NCBI GenBank assembly: GCA_044220955.1
Contig: JBGAQA010000068.1
Span: forward strand, 1-36,874
Length of the DNA: 36,874 bases
Source of the DNA: Sandaracinaceae bacterium
Lineage (GTDB): Bacteria; Myxococcota_A; Polyangia; Polyangiales; Sandaracinaceae
Direction: 5' to 3'
Positions within the stretch are counted from its first letter, which is position 1. Every line of letters starts with the position of its first letter. The notes below the pieces were generated by a model. That model was not told the origin of the DNA. It saw only the letters and a program-made list of their open reading frames with translations, and did no database searches. The position numbers and the translations under genes were made by a program. Below, one piece after another: positions 1-9,229 of the stretch.

Positions 1-190
1 ACCGGCGGAGCCGGATGCGTCTCACCCCTCGCTCCGACTCGTCGCTTCGCTCCTCGCGAGGCACAGCGCTCGCGCGCGGCCGCCGGATCGTGCCCGCGGC
101 CGTCGTCGATCTACGGACCGACCGTGACTCTTCAGGGGGGTTGTCCCCTCGACGCACCGCCGGAGACGGATGCGTCGCTCGCCTCGCGCG
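1..190. repeat. Intergenic palindromic repeat cluster (family B, REP/BIME-like)
   Basis: 1-21 and 156-176 match at 19/21 nt; 23-108 aligns with 29288-29378; 176-190 is identical to 29314-29328. Confidence 0.7.
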
Positions 191-260
191 ACGAAACGCG
201 CACCTACCCGCCAGTCCCGCGTGAGATCGAGGACTTACGGGGGTGTGGAGTGACCCCGAC

Positions 261-1316
261 CTACTCCGAGCGGGCGGCGAGGGGGACGGCGCCCTTCTTC
301 GCGGCCGGGCCGCGCGCCTTCGTCTGCTGGACCGTCGGGTCGGGCGAGGCGTAGGGCTGCATGGGCCGCATGCCGGCGTCCGCCAGGAGCTGGCGGTCGG
401 CCAGGACGTCGGCGTTGCCCGCGGTGAGCAGCTTGTCGCCGTAGAAGATGGAGCTCGCGCCCGCCATGAAGCAGAGGATCTGGGCTTCACGCGTGAGCTC
501 CGCGCGGCCCGCGGAGAGCCGCACCTGGGTCTTGGGCATCACGATGCGAGCCGTCGCGATGGCGCGGACGAGGTCGAGCGCGTCCACCTTCGGCTGGTTC
601 GCGAGCGGGGTGCCCGCGACCGGGACCAGGGCGTTGATCGGGACACTCCCGGGGTGCGTCTCGAGGTTGGCCAGCGTGCGGATGAGCTCGCAGCGGTCGT
701 CGTTGGACTCGCCCAGGCCGAGGATGCCGCCGCAGCAGACACTGATCCCCGCCTTCACGACGCGCGCGATCGTCTGCAGGCGATCGTCGTAGGTCCTCGT
801 CGTGACGATCTCGCCGTAGTACTCGCGCGAGGTGTCGAGGTTGTGGTTGTACGCGGTCAGGCCCGCGTCCGCGAGCGCCGCGGCCTGCTCCTCGGTGAGC
901 ATGCCGAGGGTCGCGCAGGCCTCGAGGCCGAGCTCGCGCACGCCCCGGATCATCTCGAGCACGCGCTCGAAGGCGGGGCCTTCCTTGGCGTCGCGCCACG
1001 CGGCGCCCATGCAGAAGCGGGTGCTCCCGGCCTCGCGGGCCTTGCGCGCCGCGCCCAGCACCTCGTCGACCCTCAGCAGGCGCTCGGCGCCGACCTCGGT
1101 CTCGTACTTCGACGACTGCGAGCAGTACCCGCAGTCCTCCTGGCAGCCGCCCGTCTTGACCGAGAGCAGGGTGCAGAGCTGGACCTCGTCCGGCGGGTGG
1201 TTCGCGCGGTGGACGGTCTGCGCTCGGAGCAGGAGCTCGGTGAGCGGGAGCGCGTGGATCGCCTTCACCTCGTCGAGCGTCCAGTCGTGTCGCGGTGCCT
1301 GCTGCTCGCTGGTCAT
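261..1316 (-). CDS. bioB: Biotin synthase (radical SAM)
   Basis: [15 protein letters not shown] (CxxxCxxC), [17 protein letters not shown] motifs; 351 aa. Confidence 0.97.
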   Translation of the reverse strand: MTSEQQAPRHDWTLDEVKAIHALPLTELLLRAQTVHRANHPPDEVQLCTLLSVKTGGCQEDCGYCSQSSKYETEVGAERLLRVDEVLGAARKAREAGSTRFCMGAAWRDAKEGPAFERVLEMIRGVRELGLEACATLGMLTEEQAAALADAGLTAYNHNLDTSREYYGEIVTTRTYDDRLQTIARVVKAGISVCCGGILGLGESNDDRCELIRTLANLETHPGSVPINALVPVAGTPLANQPKVDALDLVRAIATARIVMPKTQVRLSAGRAELTREAQILCFMAGASSIFYGDKLLTAGNADVLADRQLLADAGMRPMQPYASPDPTVQQTKARGPAAKKGAVPLAARSE

Positions 1317-1369
1317 GGGCGTGGCGTACCAGCCGCCGAATCACTTGCAAAGCTGATAAGGTCCGGCGC

Positions 1370-2446
1370 GTGAAACGCGGGGCCCCGCGCGAGGAGACCG
1401 ACGATCCCGTGTCCATCGAGGGGCCTCCACCGCTCGCGCGGATGGCGGCGCTCATGGCGCTCGTCGACCTGTTCTGGAACCGCGTCGCGGTCCGGGTGGT
1501 CGGCGCCGCGGACCAGGACGCGGCGATCGCGTTCCAGCGGGCCGGGGTGTTTCCGCGCAACCTCGCGGCGGTCGCGGGCCTGATCGCGCTGATCGCGGGT
1601 CTCTTCACCTTTCTCCGGATGGCCGGCTACAGCGGGCTGCCGCGCCGCCTCGCCGTCTCGTCGCTGGCGGGCGTGCTGACCCCGGCGTTCGTCTTGGCGC
1701 TCATCGTTCCCAAGGAGCGGGTGTCCATCCTGGTGGTCGTGGTCGCGCTCGGGGCATCGAACGCGCTCGTGTTCCTCGTCGGGACGGTCGCGGTGCGCTT
1801 CGCCGCCGGCGCGCGGCGCTGGGCCGCCGCCGCGGCCATGATCAGCGGCGCCCTCGTCCTGACGGTGCTCGTGGATCTGAGCGTGCGCTCGGTGGCGGAG
1901 TTCGCCGGGGCGGTGCCCATCGGGCTGCTCGCCCACCACGGGGGGGAGGCAGCCTGGCACCTCGTGCCGCCGCTGGTGCTCGCGGCCCTCTTCCGCGCCC
2001 CGCCGGGTGCGCCGCGCTCCGAGGCCACGCCCCCCCCGCAGGCGATGCTGGCGGTGGCCGGCGTGCTCGTGGTCGGGGTCCTCGCGCTCGCGCTCTACGG
2101 GGAGCATGCGCTCCATGCGCACCGCTTCGCGACGCTGGTGTACGGAGCGCTTCGGCTCACGCTCGCGCCCGAGCCGCTCGCCTGGCTCAACGGGCTCACC
2201 GTCGGCGTCGGTCTCGCGGCGGCGCTCGTCGGCCTCGGCTCGTCGAGCCCGGCGCGCGTCCAGCTCGGCGCGGCGGCCGCGCTCTGGCTCGCCGCGGGCT
2301 ATGCCCCGCGGGCGCCCGGCCAGCTGCTCGACTTCGCGCTCGCCGGGATCCTGCTCGCCCGCGCCGCCCAGGCGGCGACCGTCGAGGGACGCGAGCGCGC
2401 CCGTGTGCGCTGGGCACCGCTGCTGCCCGCCGAGCCCGGGAGCTGA
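1370..2446 (+). CDS. Polytopic membrane protein, unknown function
   Basis: About 9-10 hydrophobic segments; start placed at GTG 1370, 7 nt after TGaTAAGGT (alternative GTG 1409). Confidence 0.75.
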   Translation: MKRGAPREETDDPVSIEGPPPLARMAALMALVDLFWNRVAVRVVGAADQDAAIAFQRAGVFPRNLAAVAGLIALIAGLFTFLRMAGYSGLPRRLAVSSLAGVLTPAFVLALIVPKERVSILVVVVALGASNALVFLVGTVAVRFAAGARRWAAAAAMISGALVLTVLVDLSVRSVAEFAGAVPIGLLAHHGGEAAWHLVPPLVLAALFRAPPGAPRSEATPPPQAMLAVAGVLVVGVLALALYGEHALHAHRFATLVYGALRLTLAPEPLAWLNGLTVGVGLAAALVGLGSSSPARVQLGAAAALWLAAGYAPRAPGQLLDFALAGILLARAAQAATVEGRERARVRWAPLLPAEPGS

Positions 2447-2458
2447 AGCCCCTCGACC

Positions 2459-2477
2459 CGCTCGCTCGCAGCGAGCG
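2459..2477. terminator. Hairpin between convergent genes
   Basis: CGCTCGCT-cgc-AGCGAGCG 8-bp stem; no U tract. Confidence 0.4.
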
Positions 2478-2484
2478 CGGATCG

Positions 2485-3342
2485 TCAGTCACCCGCCGCA
2501 TCGACCGCGGACAGGTCGAGCTGGAAGTCGACCACCGTGTCCGTGCCCGACGTGACGGCGATCGGCCGCGCGAGCACCAGCGGCGCCGAGAAGCGGGGCC
2601 GCTCCGAGGGGTCGCCGCCGCCACCCGCGCTTCGCACCCCCTCGTGCCACACCCGCACCGTGTACTGACCGGGCGGGATCCCCGCGATGCGGAAGCGACC
2701 GTCCTCGGCCGTCACCTGGTAGTACGGATGATCGAACACGTGGACGAAGCCGCCGATCCACGGGTGACCGGCATCGTCGGTGAGCGTGATGACTCCGGTG
2801 TGCTCGGCCGATGCGGCCCCTCGAGCGCCACGCCCGGGCAGGCCGACGTCGAGCCAGGTCGCGCCCGAGCTCCAGGTGCCGTGCAGGTTGTGCAGGACGT
2901 CCTCGTCGTCGAGCACCGAGAGGGTCGCCCCGACCGGCATCGCCGCGACGCGTGGCGTCAGCGCGCAGGCGCGGAAGGTGAGCTCGGCCGGTCCCGCCTC
3001 GAGCGCCCTTCCCTCCGTGATTCCATCGAGATAGACGACGCTGCCGGCCACACCGCCGCGCGCGCCGACCCGCAGCGCGGGCACCGTCTGCGTCTCGCCG
3101 CACGCCTCCGGGTGGTGCGCGACCGGGACGCTCACCACATCAGGCGTCGGACCGATCCAGGTCACCGTCCCCGAGAGCGTTCCACCGTTGACGACGTCGA
3201 CGACGCGGTACCCCGAGGGGAGCGCCAGGGGCGTCCTCCGGGAACCGCTCGCATGCTCGGGCTCTCCCTCGTCGCATCCCCATGCGAAGAGCGAGATGCA
3301 GCCGATCACGACGGCGATGTGCAGTCCATACGAGACAGCCAT
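2485..3342 (-). CDS. Lipoprotein with cupredoxin-like and carboxypeptidase-regulatory-like domains
   Basis: Lipobox FAWGC; LHNLH, HPWIGGFVHVFDHPYY and DGRFRIAGIPPGQYTVRVWHE motifs. Confidence 0.8.
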   Translation of the reverse strand: MAVSYGLHIAVVIGCISLFAWGCDEGEPEHASGSRRTPLALPSGYRVVDVVNGGTLSGTVTWIGPTPDVVSVPVAHHPEACGETQTVPALRVGARGGVAGSVVYLDGITEGRALEAGPAELTFRACALTPRVAAMPVGATLSVLDDEDVLHNLHGTWSSGATWLDVGLPGRGARGAASAEHTGVITLTDDAGHPWIGGFVHVFDHPYYQVTAEDGRFRIAGIPPGQYTVRVWHEGVRSAGGGGDPSERPRFSAPLVLARPIAVTSGTDTVVDFQLDLSAVDAAGD

Positions 3343-3559
3343 CGATCGAGACCTCGATCGCCATTAGCACAACGCACTCTCACTCGATCCAATTGTGTGA
3401 GCGTCGATCGAAAAAAAATGATCACGCGCGGAGCACGCCGTGCGTTTTCCGCGCAAACACGTGTTCGCGTCTCGCGTCGATCACGATGCTGATCGAATTG
3501 CGCGGCTCGTTCTTCCGTTCCGGCGCGTCCACGCGCTCGACGCGCGCGAGCGGATGGCG

Positions 3560-4798
3560 TCAGCGAAGAGCGGTCGCGGCGCTCGCGATGCGCGACACGC
3601 CCTCGCGGATCTGACTCTGCGACGCCGCGTACGAGAGGCGCACATAGCCGGGCGCGCCGAACGCCGTCCCGGGCACGACGGCCACGCGGGCGGCGTCGAG
3701 CAGGTACGCGGTCACGTCGAGGTCGCTCTCGAGCCGCTTGCCCTCGGGCGTGCTCTTGCCGATCAGCCCCCTCACGGCGGGGAACGCGTAGAACGCCCCC
3801 TCCGGCATGCGGCACGAGATGCCTGCGATGGCGTTCAGCCCGTCGACCATGAGCCGGCGACGCGCCGCGAACTCGGCCATCATCGCGTCGAGCGCCTCGC
3901 GCGGGCCCTTGAGCGCGGCGATCGCCGCGTGCTGCGACACGGTCGTGGCGTTCGAGGTCGCCTGGCTCTGCAGGGTCTCGCACGCGTCGGCCAGGGCGCG
4001 CGGCCCGAGCATCCAGCCCAGGCGCCAGCCGGTCATCGCGTAGGTCTTGCTGGCCCCGTCGACGATCACCAGCCGGTCCTTCAGGTCGGGCGCCACCGTC
4101 AGGAGCGAGCGCTGGACGAAGCCGTCGTAGACGAGCTGAGCGTAGATCTCGTCGACGATGACCCAGATCCCCCTCTTGCGCAGGACCTCGGCGAGCGCCG
4201 CGAGGCTGGCCTCGTCGTACGCTGCGCCCGTCGGGTTGCTCGGCGTGCAGAGGATCAGCGCCTTGGTCCGCGGTCCGATCGCCGCATCGAGGACGTCCGG
4301 CTGGAGCCGGAAGCCCTCGGCCTCGCGGGTCTGAACGATGCGCGGCGTGGCTCCGACCAGCGAGACCTGCTCGGGGTAGCTCACCCAGTACGGCGCGGGG
4401 ATGATCGCCTCGTCGCTGGGGTCGAGCAGCGCCAGGGCGAGGTCGAAGAGCGACTGCTTGGCGCCCGTGGAGACGACGATCTCCTCGGGGTCGTGGGCGA
4501 CGCCGCGCCTGGCGAGGGAGTCGGCGGCGATGGCCTCCCGGAGCGGCGCGATGCCCCGGACACGGGTGTAGCGGGTGGCGCCCTTGTCGAGCGCGCCCTT
4601 GGCGGCGTCGCGGATGAACGTGGGCGTGTCGAAGTCGGGCTCGCCGAGGCCGAAGGAGAGGACGTCTACGCCGGCGGCGCGCAGGGCCGCGGCCCGCTCG
4701 GCGATGGCCATCGTCGCGGAGGGCGCGATGGCGGAGAGCCGCGTGGCGAGCGGAGGAGGAGGAGGAGCGTGGGCGGTCGGCGCGCGGTGGTCGGGCAC
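3560..4798 (-). CDS. aspC: PLP-dependent class I/II aminotransferase (aspartate aminotransferase type)
   Basis: GEPDFDTP, PSNPTG, DEIY, SKTYAMTGWRLG (PLP lysine). Confidence 0.93.
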   Translation of the reverse strand: MPDHRAPTAHAPPPPPLATRLSAIAPSATMAIAERAAALRAAGVDVLSFGLGEPDFDTPTFIRDAAKGALDKGATRYTRVRGIAPLREAIAADSLARRGVAHDPEEIVVSTGAKQSLFDLALALLDPSDEAIIPAPYWVSYPEQVSLVGATPRIVQTREAEGFRLQPDVLDAAIGPRTKALILCTPSNPTGAAYDEASLAALAEVLRKRGIWVIVDEIYAQLVYDGFVQRSLLTVAPDLKDRLVIVDGASKTYAMTGWRLGWMLGPRALADACETLQSQATSNATTVSQHAAIAALKGPREALDAMMAEFAARRRLMVDGLNAIAGISCRMPEGAFYAFPAVRGLIGKSTPEGKRLESDLDVTAYLLDAARVAVVPGTAFGAPGYVRLSYAASQSQIREGVSRIASAATALR

Positions 4799-4890
4799 GG
4801 CGCGCTTTTATCATCGGCGTGCGGGCAGGGCCATGCCGGCCGCGCGCCAGCCGCGCGTTCGGGGGCAGACCGAATTATCGAAGGCATCGG

Positions 4891-4928
4891 CCCCGCACCC
4901 AGCTCTCTCCCCGCGAGCGGGGAGAGGG
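4891..4928. repeat. REP-like hairpin / possible terminator of the VWA genes
   Basis: CTCTCCCCGC-ga-GCGGGGAGAG (4905-4926), just downstream of the 4938 stop. Confidence 0.6.
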
Positions 4929-4937
4929 CCTTCGAGC

Positions 4938-6668
4938 TCAGGTCGGGCCGCCGACCGTGCCGCCCTCCGGCGGGACGATCATGAACACGTCGCGGTGGTC
5001 GACGATCGAGCCCGCGCGGCCGAGCACCTGGATCGTGGCGCGGAACAGCTGCGCCGTGGGGATCGGGAGCTGGAAGTCGTTGTAGAAGTCGACGTCGAAG
5101 TAGACGATCGTGGCCGGGTCCACGCCGTAGAACGTGGTCGTGTCCTTCCGGGCGTAGCCGGTCGGCGCCTCGGGCGAGGCGTGGTCCGGCGTGACGGCGC
5201 GGATGAAGTCGCGGGTCGTGTGCCCGGCGGGCAGGCGCGTCTCGGTCGGATCGGGATCGGTCCGCGTCGTGATGTCCTGGACGGTGGAGCCGGCGAGCGT
5301 GACGACGGCATCGACGATGTTGCCGGCGATGCCGCTCAGGCCACCGGACCCGGGTCCGAACACGAGCGGGTTGCCGGAGCCGTCCCGCGTCCCGGTCGCG
5401 TTCGCGAGCGTGACGGAGTCGGCATAGGTGTAGCCGCCGGTGCCGAGGCCCACGTCGATGCCGATGAAGTACGCGCCCCGGGCGAGCATGGCCGCCTGGA
5501 GCTCCGCGAACGTGTGCTCGTAGCTGGCGGTCGGATCGTCGGGCGCCGTGCCGTTGTACCAGGGCGCGTCCGACGCCAGGATCAGGATCGGCACCCGTCC
5601 CTCCGCGAAGCATGCCCACCCGAAGGGCGACGGCGAGTCCGGAGCGATGGGGCAGTCGGTGCCCGGGATCATCGTGGGGACCCAGCCGTTGCCAGCCGGG
5701 TCGCGCGCGTCGTGCACGCTGTATCGGGCCGCCGTGTCGGACTCGTGGCCGCTCATCCCGTTGCCCGTCAGCGACTCGTAGAGCGCCTCGGTCTGGCACT
5801 CCGGGCCGTCGCCGCCGTAGTAGCCGGGCGCGTCGGTCGTGATCGTGCGCATGTTGTCGAACGCGGCCTGCGAGAGCGAGGCGTCCGGATCGACCGGCTG
5901 GCGCACCCAGAGGACGTAGTCGCCGGGGCTCCCAGGCGAGCCCTCGGGCGCGCGCGGGGCGGAGTCGAACGAGCCGACGCCGATGCGGACGTCGGGGATC
6001 GCCGCGCGGATGCCGGGGACGATCGTCGAGCTGAAGGGCCCTCGGATGGCGGCGATGACCGAGTCCATCGACGCAGAGTTGTCCACGAGGATGAACACGT
6101 CGGCGACCTGGATGCGCGTCCGGAAGTCGAACTGACGGTGGGGGTGCGTGCCCATCGCGCCGGGCGGGTAGTAGGGGATGGTCACGTAGAGCGACCCGAC
6201 GGGCGGCTCGGACGCCGAGTCGGCTCCGTCGGTGCCCACGGCCACCTCGACCAGATCGCTCGCGCCGTCGCCGTCGGAGTCGTCGTTGTGCGGATCGGTC
6301 CCGTTGGTGAGCTCGGTTCCGTCCGGGACGCCGTCGTTGTCGGAGTCCGTGTCGCGGAAGTCGGGCAGCGTGTCGCGATCGAAGTCGCGCGGGCCACAGG
6401 GGTTGGCGCCCGGATCGATCTCCATCGTGTCCGGCACGCCGTCGCCGTCGTCGTCCGGGTTGCTCGGGTCCTCGATCGCATCGGCGATGCCGTTACCGTC
6501 CGTGTCGACGGCGGACGTACAGCCCATCGCCACGCCGGAGTCGGCCGGCGGCGGTCGCGTGCCCGCGTCGCGGCCACCGGGCGTCGCGCGGGTCGGCGTG
6601 CAGCCGATGCCCGCGCCCAGCAGCGCCGTCATGGAGAACACGAACGCGAGACGCACGGGACTGGGCAT
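4938..6668 (-). CDS. Lipoprotein with Ca-binding TSP3-like repeats and integrin-beta-like VWA domain (CglD-like), paralog 1
   Basis: GGAGG before ATG 6668; lipobox GIGC; DxDxDG repeats; MIDAS DNSAS; IGVGSF; GGDGPE. Confidence 0.8.
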   Translation of the reverse strand: MPSPVRLAFVFSMTALLGAGIGCTPTRATPGGRDAGTRPPPADSGVAMGCTSAVDTDGNGIADAIEDPSNPDDDGDGVPDTMEIDPGANPCGPRDFDRDTLPDFRDTDSDNDGVPDGTELTNGTDPHNDDSDGDGASDLVEVAVGTDGADSASEPPVGSLYVTIPYYPPGAMGTHPHRQFDFRTRIQVADVFILVDNSASMDSVIAAIRGPFSSTIVPGIRAAIPDVRIGVGSFDSAPRAPEGSPGSPGDYVLWVRQPVDPDASLSQAAFDNMRTITTDAPGYYGGDGPECQTEALYESLTGNGMSGHESDTAARYSVHDARDPAGNGWVPTMIPGTDCPIAPDSPSPFGWACFAEGRVPILILASDAPWYNGTAPDDPTASYEHTFAELQAAMLARGAYFIGIDVGLGTGGYTYADSVTLANATGTRDGSGNPLVFGPGSGGLSGIAGNIVDAVVTLAGSTVQDITTRTDPDPTETRLPAGHTTRDFIRAVTPDHASPEAPTGYARKDTTTFYGVDPATIVYFDVDFYNDFQLPIPTAQLFRATIQVLGRAGSIVDHRDVFMIVPPEGGTVGGPT

Positions 6669-6777
6669 CGGGGCCTCCGGAGATCGAGCCTCGTAGCGTG
6701 CGCCCGTTCCCGCCTGTCTGTAAACGGTAGGCGTATCGGCGAGGTGTGAGTCCTCACTCACGACGCGCGGGACCTCG

Positions 6778-8979
6778 TCAGCTCACGCTGCCGGGGACCG
6801 CGGGTACGACGATGTAGACGTCGCGCGTGTCGAGCACCGCGCTGCTGCCCGCCGTCACGTCGATGTGCGCGCGGAAGAGCGTGACGTGGGCCTCGCCGGG
6901 GAAGATGTCGTTCCGGAAGGTGATGCGGAACAGCACGCGGGTGCCCGGGACGACCCCGAAGAACGTCGAGAGGTCGTAGAGCAGGACCGCGTCGGCGTGC
7001 GAGACGCCCGGGGGCTCGGTCCAGCAGGGCTCGATGTGCTCGTTGCACGCGGGCGAGCGGCTCGTGATGAACATGCGCTCGTCGATCCGCTCCGGATCCG
7101 TCGAGTCCCCGCGAACCCGCGTCGAGATGTCGAGCGGCACGCGCGTGGCGATCGTCGCGATGGCGTTCACGATGGTGTCGCTGAACGTCGCGTGGTCGGC
7201 GCTGTTCGGCAGGTCGTAGACCAGCTCGTTGCCGTCGAGGTCGACCGAGCCGGTCTGCCGCGCGGCCTGCCGCATGAACCAGCAGGGCGAGCCCGAGCAG
7301 CCGCCCGGCGACGAGCAGTGCTCCGGCTCGATGACGCTCGCGCACGCCGTCCCGCCCGAGGCGTTGATGCCGACGTAGCGCGCGCCGTGCGTGCTCATCT
7401 CGACCATGGCCTGGTCGAAGGTCGGCGGGGTCGGGGTCACGCCCCGGTAGTCATCGCAGTCGTCGGCTGGCCCGTTGTGCTGGCAGATGTCCGAGAAGTG
7501 CAGGACGATCGGCAGCGCTCCGTCCCGGAAGCAGGGCGCGCCCCATCCGGTGTCGAGGCAGTCGCCCGCGTAGCGCCGCATCATGTAGGTGCTGCTGCCG
7601 TTGCTCCACGTGCCGCCGAGCCCCGTCATGATCTCGTAGAGCGCGAACGTGCCGGACTCGGGGCCGTCGCCGCCGCCGGTGGCGCTCAGGGTGTTGAACG
7701 CCGCGCGCACGTCCGCGGCCCGGTCGGGAGGGGTCATCCGGATCGAGAGGTAGAAGGGCTCGTCCGGCGGGCTCGAGTACGTGGAGAAGGGCAGGTCCTT
7801 GTGGCCGCCGCCGCCCACCCACACGTCGGGGATCGAAGCGACGACGCGATCCAGGATGCCTGTCCCCGGCTCGGTCACGGTCGCCTTCACGTTGTCGAGC
7901 GTGCCGCCCATCGAGCCCGTCGTGTCCGAGATGAAGAACACGTCGGCCACGCGGATGGTCGTGCCGAAGTCGAGGTCGCGGACGACCGGCCCGCCGTGGA
8001 ACGGCAGGATCACGTAGAAGTCCTCGTTGGGGATCGTGCAGCCGTGGTTGTGGGCGCAGTCGCAGTGCATGCCCGTCGTGCCGTCGGGGCAGTTGCCGGG
8101 GGTGAGCACGTAGGCGCCCTCGGCGAGGTCGCCGACCCCGTCGTGGTCGGTGTCGACGTTGCAGGGGTCGGTCCCGACGCGCTGCTCGTCGCCGTCCCCG
8201 AGCCCGTCGTTGTCCGAGTCGGTGTCGACGTAGTCGGCCAGGCCGTCCGGCATGAGGGCGGGCGTGGGCGAGGCGATCATCGTGGGGTCGATCTCGCTGG
8301 GGCACTGCGGCGGCGGCGTCGCGAGCATGCCGTCGCCCGCTTCCTCGGCGTCCATGACGGCGTCGCCGTCGCTGTCGAGATCCTGGAAGTTCGGCAGCCC
8401 GTCCATGTCGGGGTCGCGCGAGCCCTCGTCCGAGTCGAGGATCGTGTCGCCGTCGCTGTCGTCGTCGCGCACGTCGGTGGTGCCGTCCCGGTCGGTGTCC
8501 GGGCAGCCGGCGCCCGTGGCGCACTCGACGTGGTTGGGGATTCCGTCGCCGTCGAGGTCGGGGTCGAGCGCGTCCGGGATGCCGTCGTGGTCGAGGTCGC
8601 CGGTCTGGGTGTTGTCGGGGATCCCGTCGCCGTTGGCGTCCGTGTCGAGGAAGTCGGGCAGCCCGTCGAGGTCGAGGTCGCGCGGACGGGTGGTGCAGTC
8701 CGCGTCCCCCGCCTCCATCGCGTCGGCGAACCCGTCCCCGTCGGCGTCGGCGTCCTGGTCGTTGGTCGCGCCGTCGTGGTCCGGGTCGGTGTCGGGGTAC
8801 GACAGCTCGTCCATGGAGCTGATCGTGTCGTGGTCGGGGTCGTCCGGCATGCTGCAGCGCTGGACCGGGACGCCGGCGTCGCTCCGGGAGGCGTCGTCGT
8901 TGTGCACGAGCACGGTCGCGCCGTTGCAGCCTTGGACCACCAAGGCGCACACGATCCACGAGAGCGCGAAGCGAGCCAT
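6778..8979 (-). CDS. Lipoprotein with many TSP3-like repeats and integrin-beta-like VWA domain (CglD-like), paralog 2
   Basis: GGAG before ATG 8979; lipobox VQGC; more than 10 DxDxDG repeats; variant MIDAS DTTGS; GGDGPE. Confidence 0.8.
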   Translation of the reverse strand: MARFALSWIVCALVVQGCNGATVLVHNDDASRSDAGVPVQRCSMPDDPDHDTISSMDELSYPDTDPDHDGATNDQDADADGDGFADAMEAGDADCTTRPRDLDLDGLPDFLDTDANGDGIPDNTQTGDLDHDGIPDALDPDLDGDGIPNHVECATGAGCPDTDRDGTTDVRDDDSDGDTILDSDEGSRDPDMDGLPNFQDLDSDGDAVMDAEEAGDGMLATPPPQCPSEIDPTMIASPTPALMPDGLADYVDTDSDNDGLGDGDEQRVGTDPCNVDTDHDGVGDLAEGAYVLTPGNCPDGTTGMHCDCAHNHGCTIPNEDFYVILPFHGGPVVRDLDFGTTIRVADVFFISDTTGSMGGTLDNVKATVTEPGTGILDRVVASIPDVWVGGGGHKDLPFSTYSSPPDEPFYLSIRMTPPDRAADVRAAFNTLSATGGGDGPESGTFALYEIMTGLGGTWSNGSSTYMMRRYAGDCLDTGWGAPCFRDGALPIVLHFSDICQHNGPADDCDDYRGVTPTPPTFDQAMVEMSTHGARYVGINASGGTACASVIEPEHCSSPGGCSGSPCWFMRQAARQTGSVDLDGNELVYDLPNSADHATFSDTIVNAIATIATRVPLDISTRVRGDSTDPERIDERMFITSRSPACNEHIEPCWTEPPGVSHADAVLLYDLSTFFGVVPGTRVLFRITFRNDIFPGEAHVTLFRAHIDVTAGSSAVLDTRDVYIVVPAVPGSVS

Positions 8980-9102
8980 GAGGGACTCCGAGTGTAGGGG
9001 GCTTGGATCGGACGCAGCAAGGCGCCGCGGGCGATTCAGGCCTGCGCCGATGCACGGAGCATGCGCGTGCCTAGGCGTGCCGCAGGGCCGAAAAACGGCC
9101 AT

Positions 9103-9137
9103 TCAACGTTGACATCGGCGCCCAACTGGACTAACCG
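9103..9137 (+). promoter_or_regulatory. Candidate sigma70 promoter for pal
   Basis: TTGACA (9109-9114)-17 nt-TAACCG; overlapped by perfect palindrome TCAACGTTGA (9103-9112). Confidence 0.5.
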
Positions 9138-9229
9138 GGGGCGCGTGCGGCCGGGCCCTGGGTGGGCGTACCGGTCCGGGTAGGCCCTGCGGGTGGCTAC
9201 CCAGCCAGAAGGTTCGGAGGAGGACGGTC

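Noticed and set aside
3343..3559. AT-richer intergenic region with many (C)GATC sites and an A8 run, considered as Dam/CRP/FNR control or an origin
   Set aside because: CGATC/TCGA words are abundant throughout the window; no correctly spaced CRP or FNR palindrome or DnaA boxes; likely an ordinary promoter
9055..9085. Possible sigma54 promoter for the VWA genes (GGCACG..GC twice on the minus strand)
   Set aside because: GG-to-GC spacing is 9 nt in both, not the required 10
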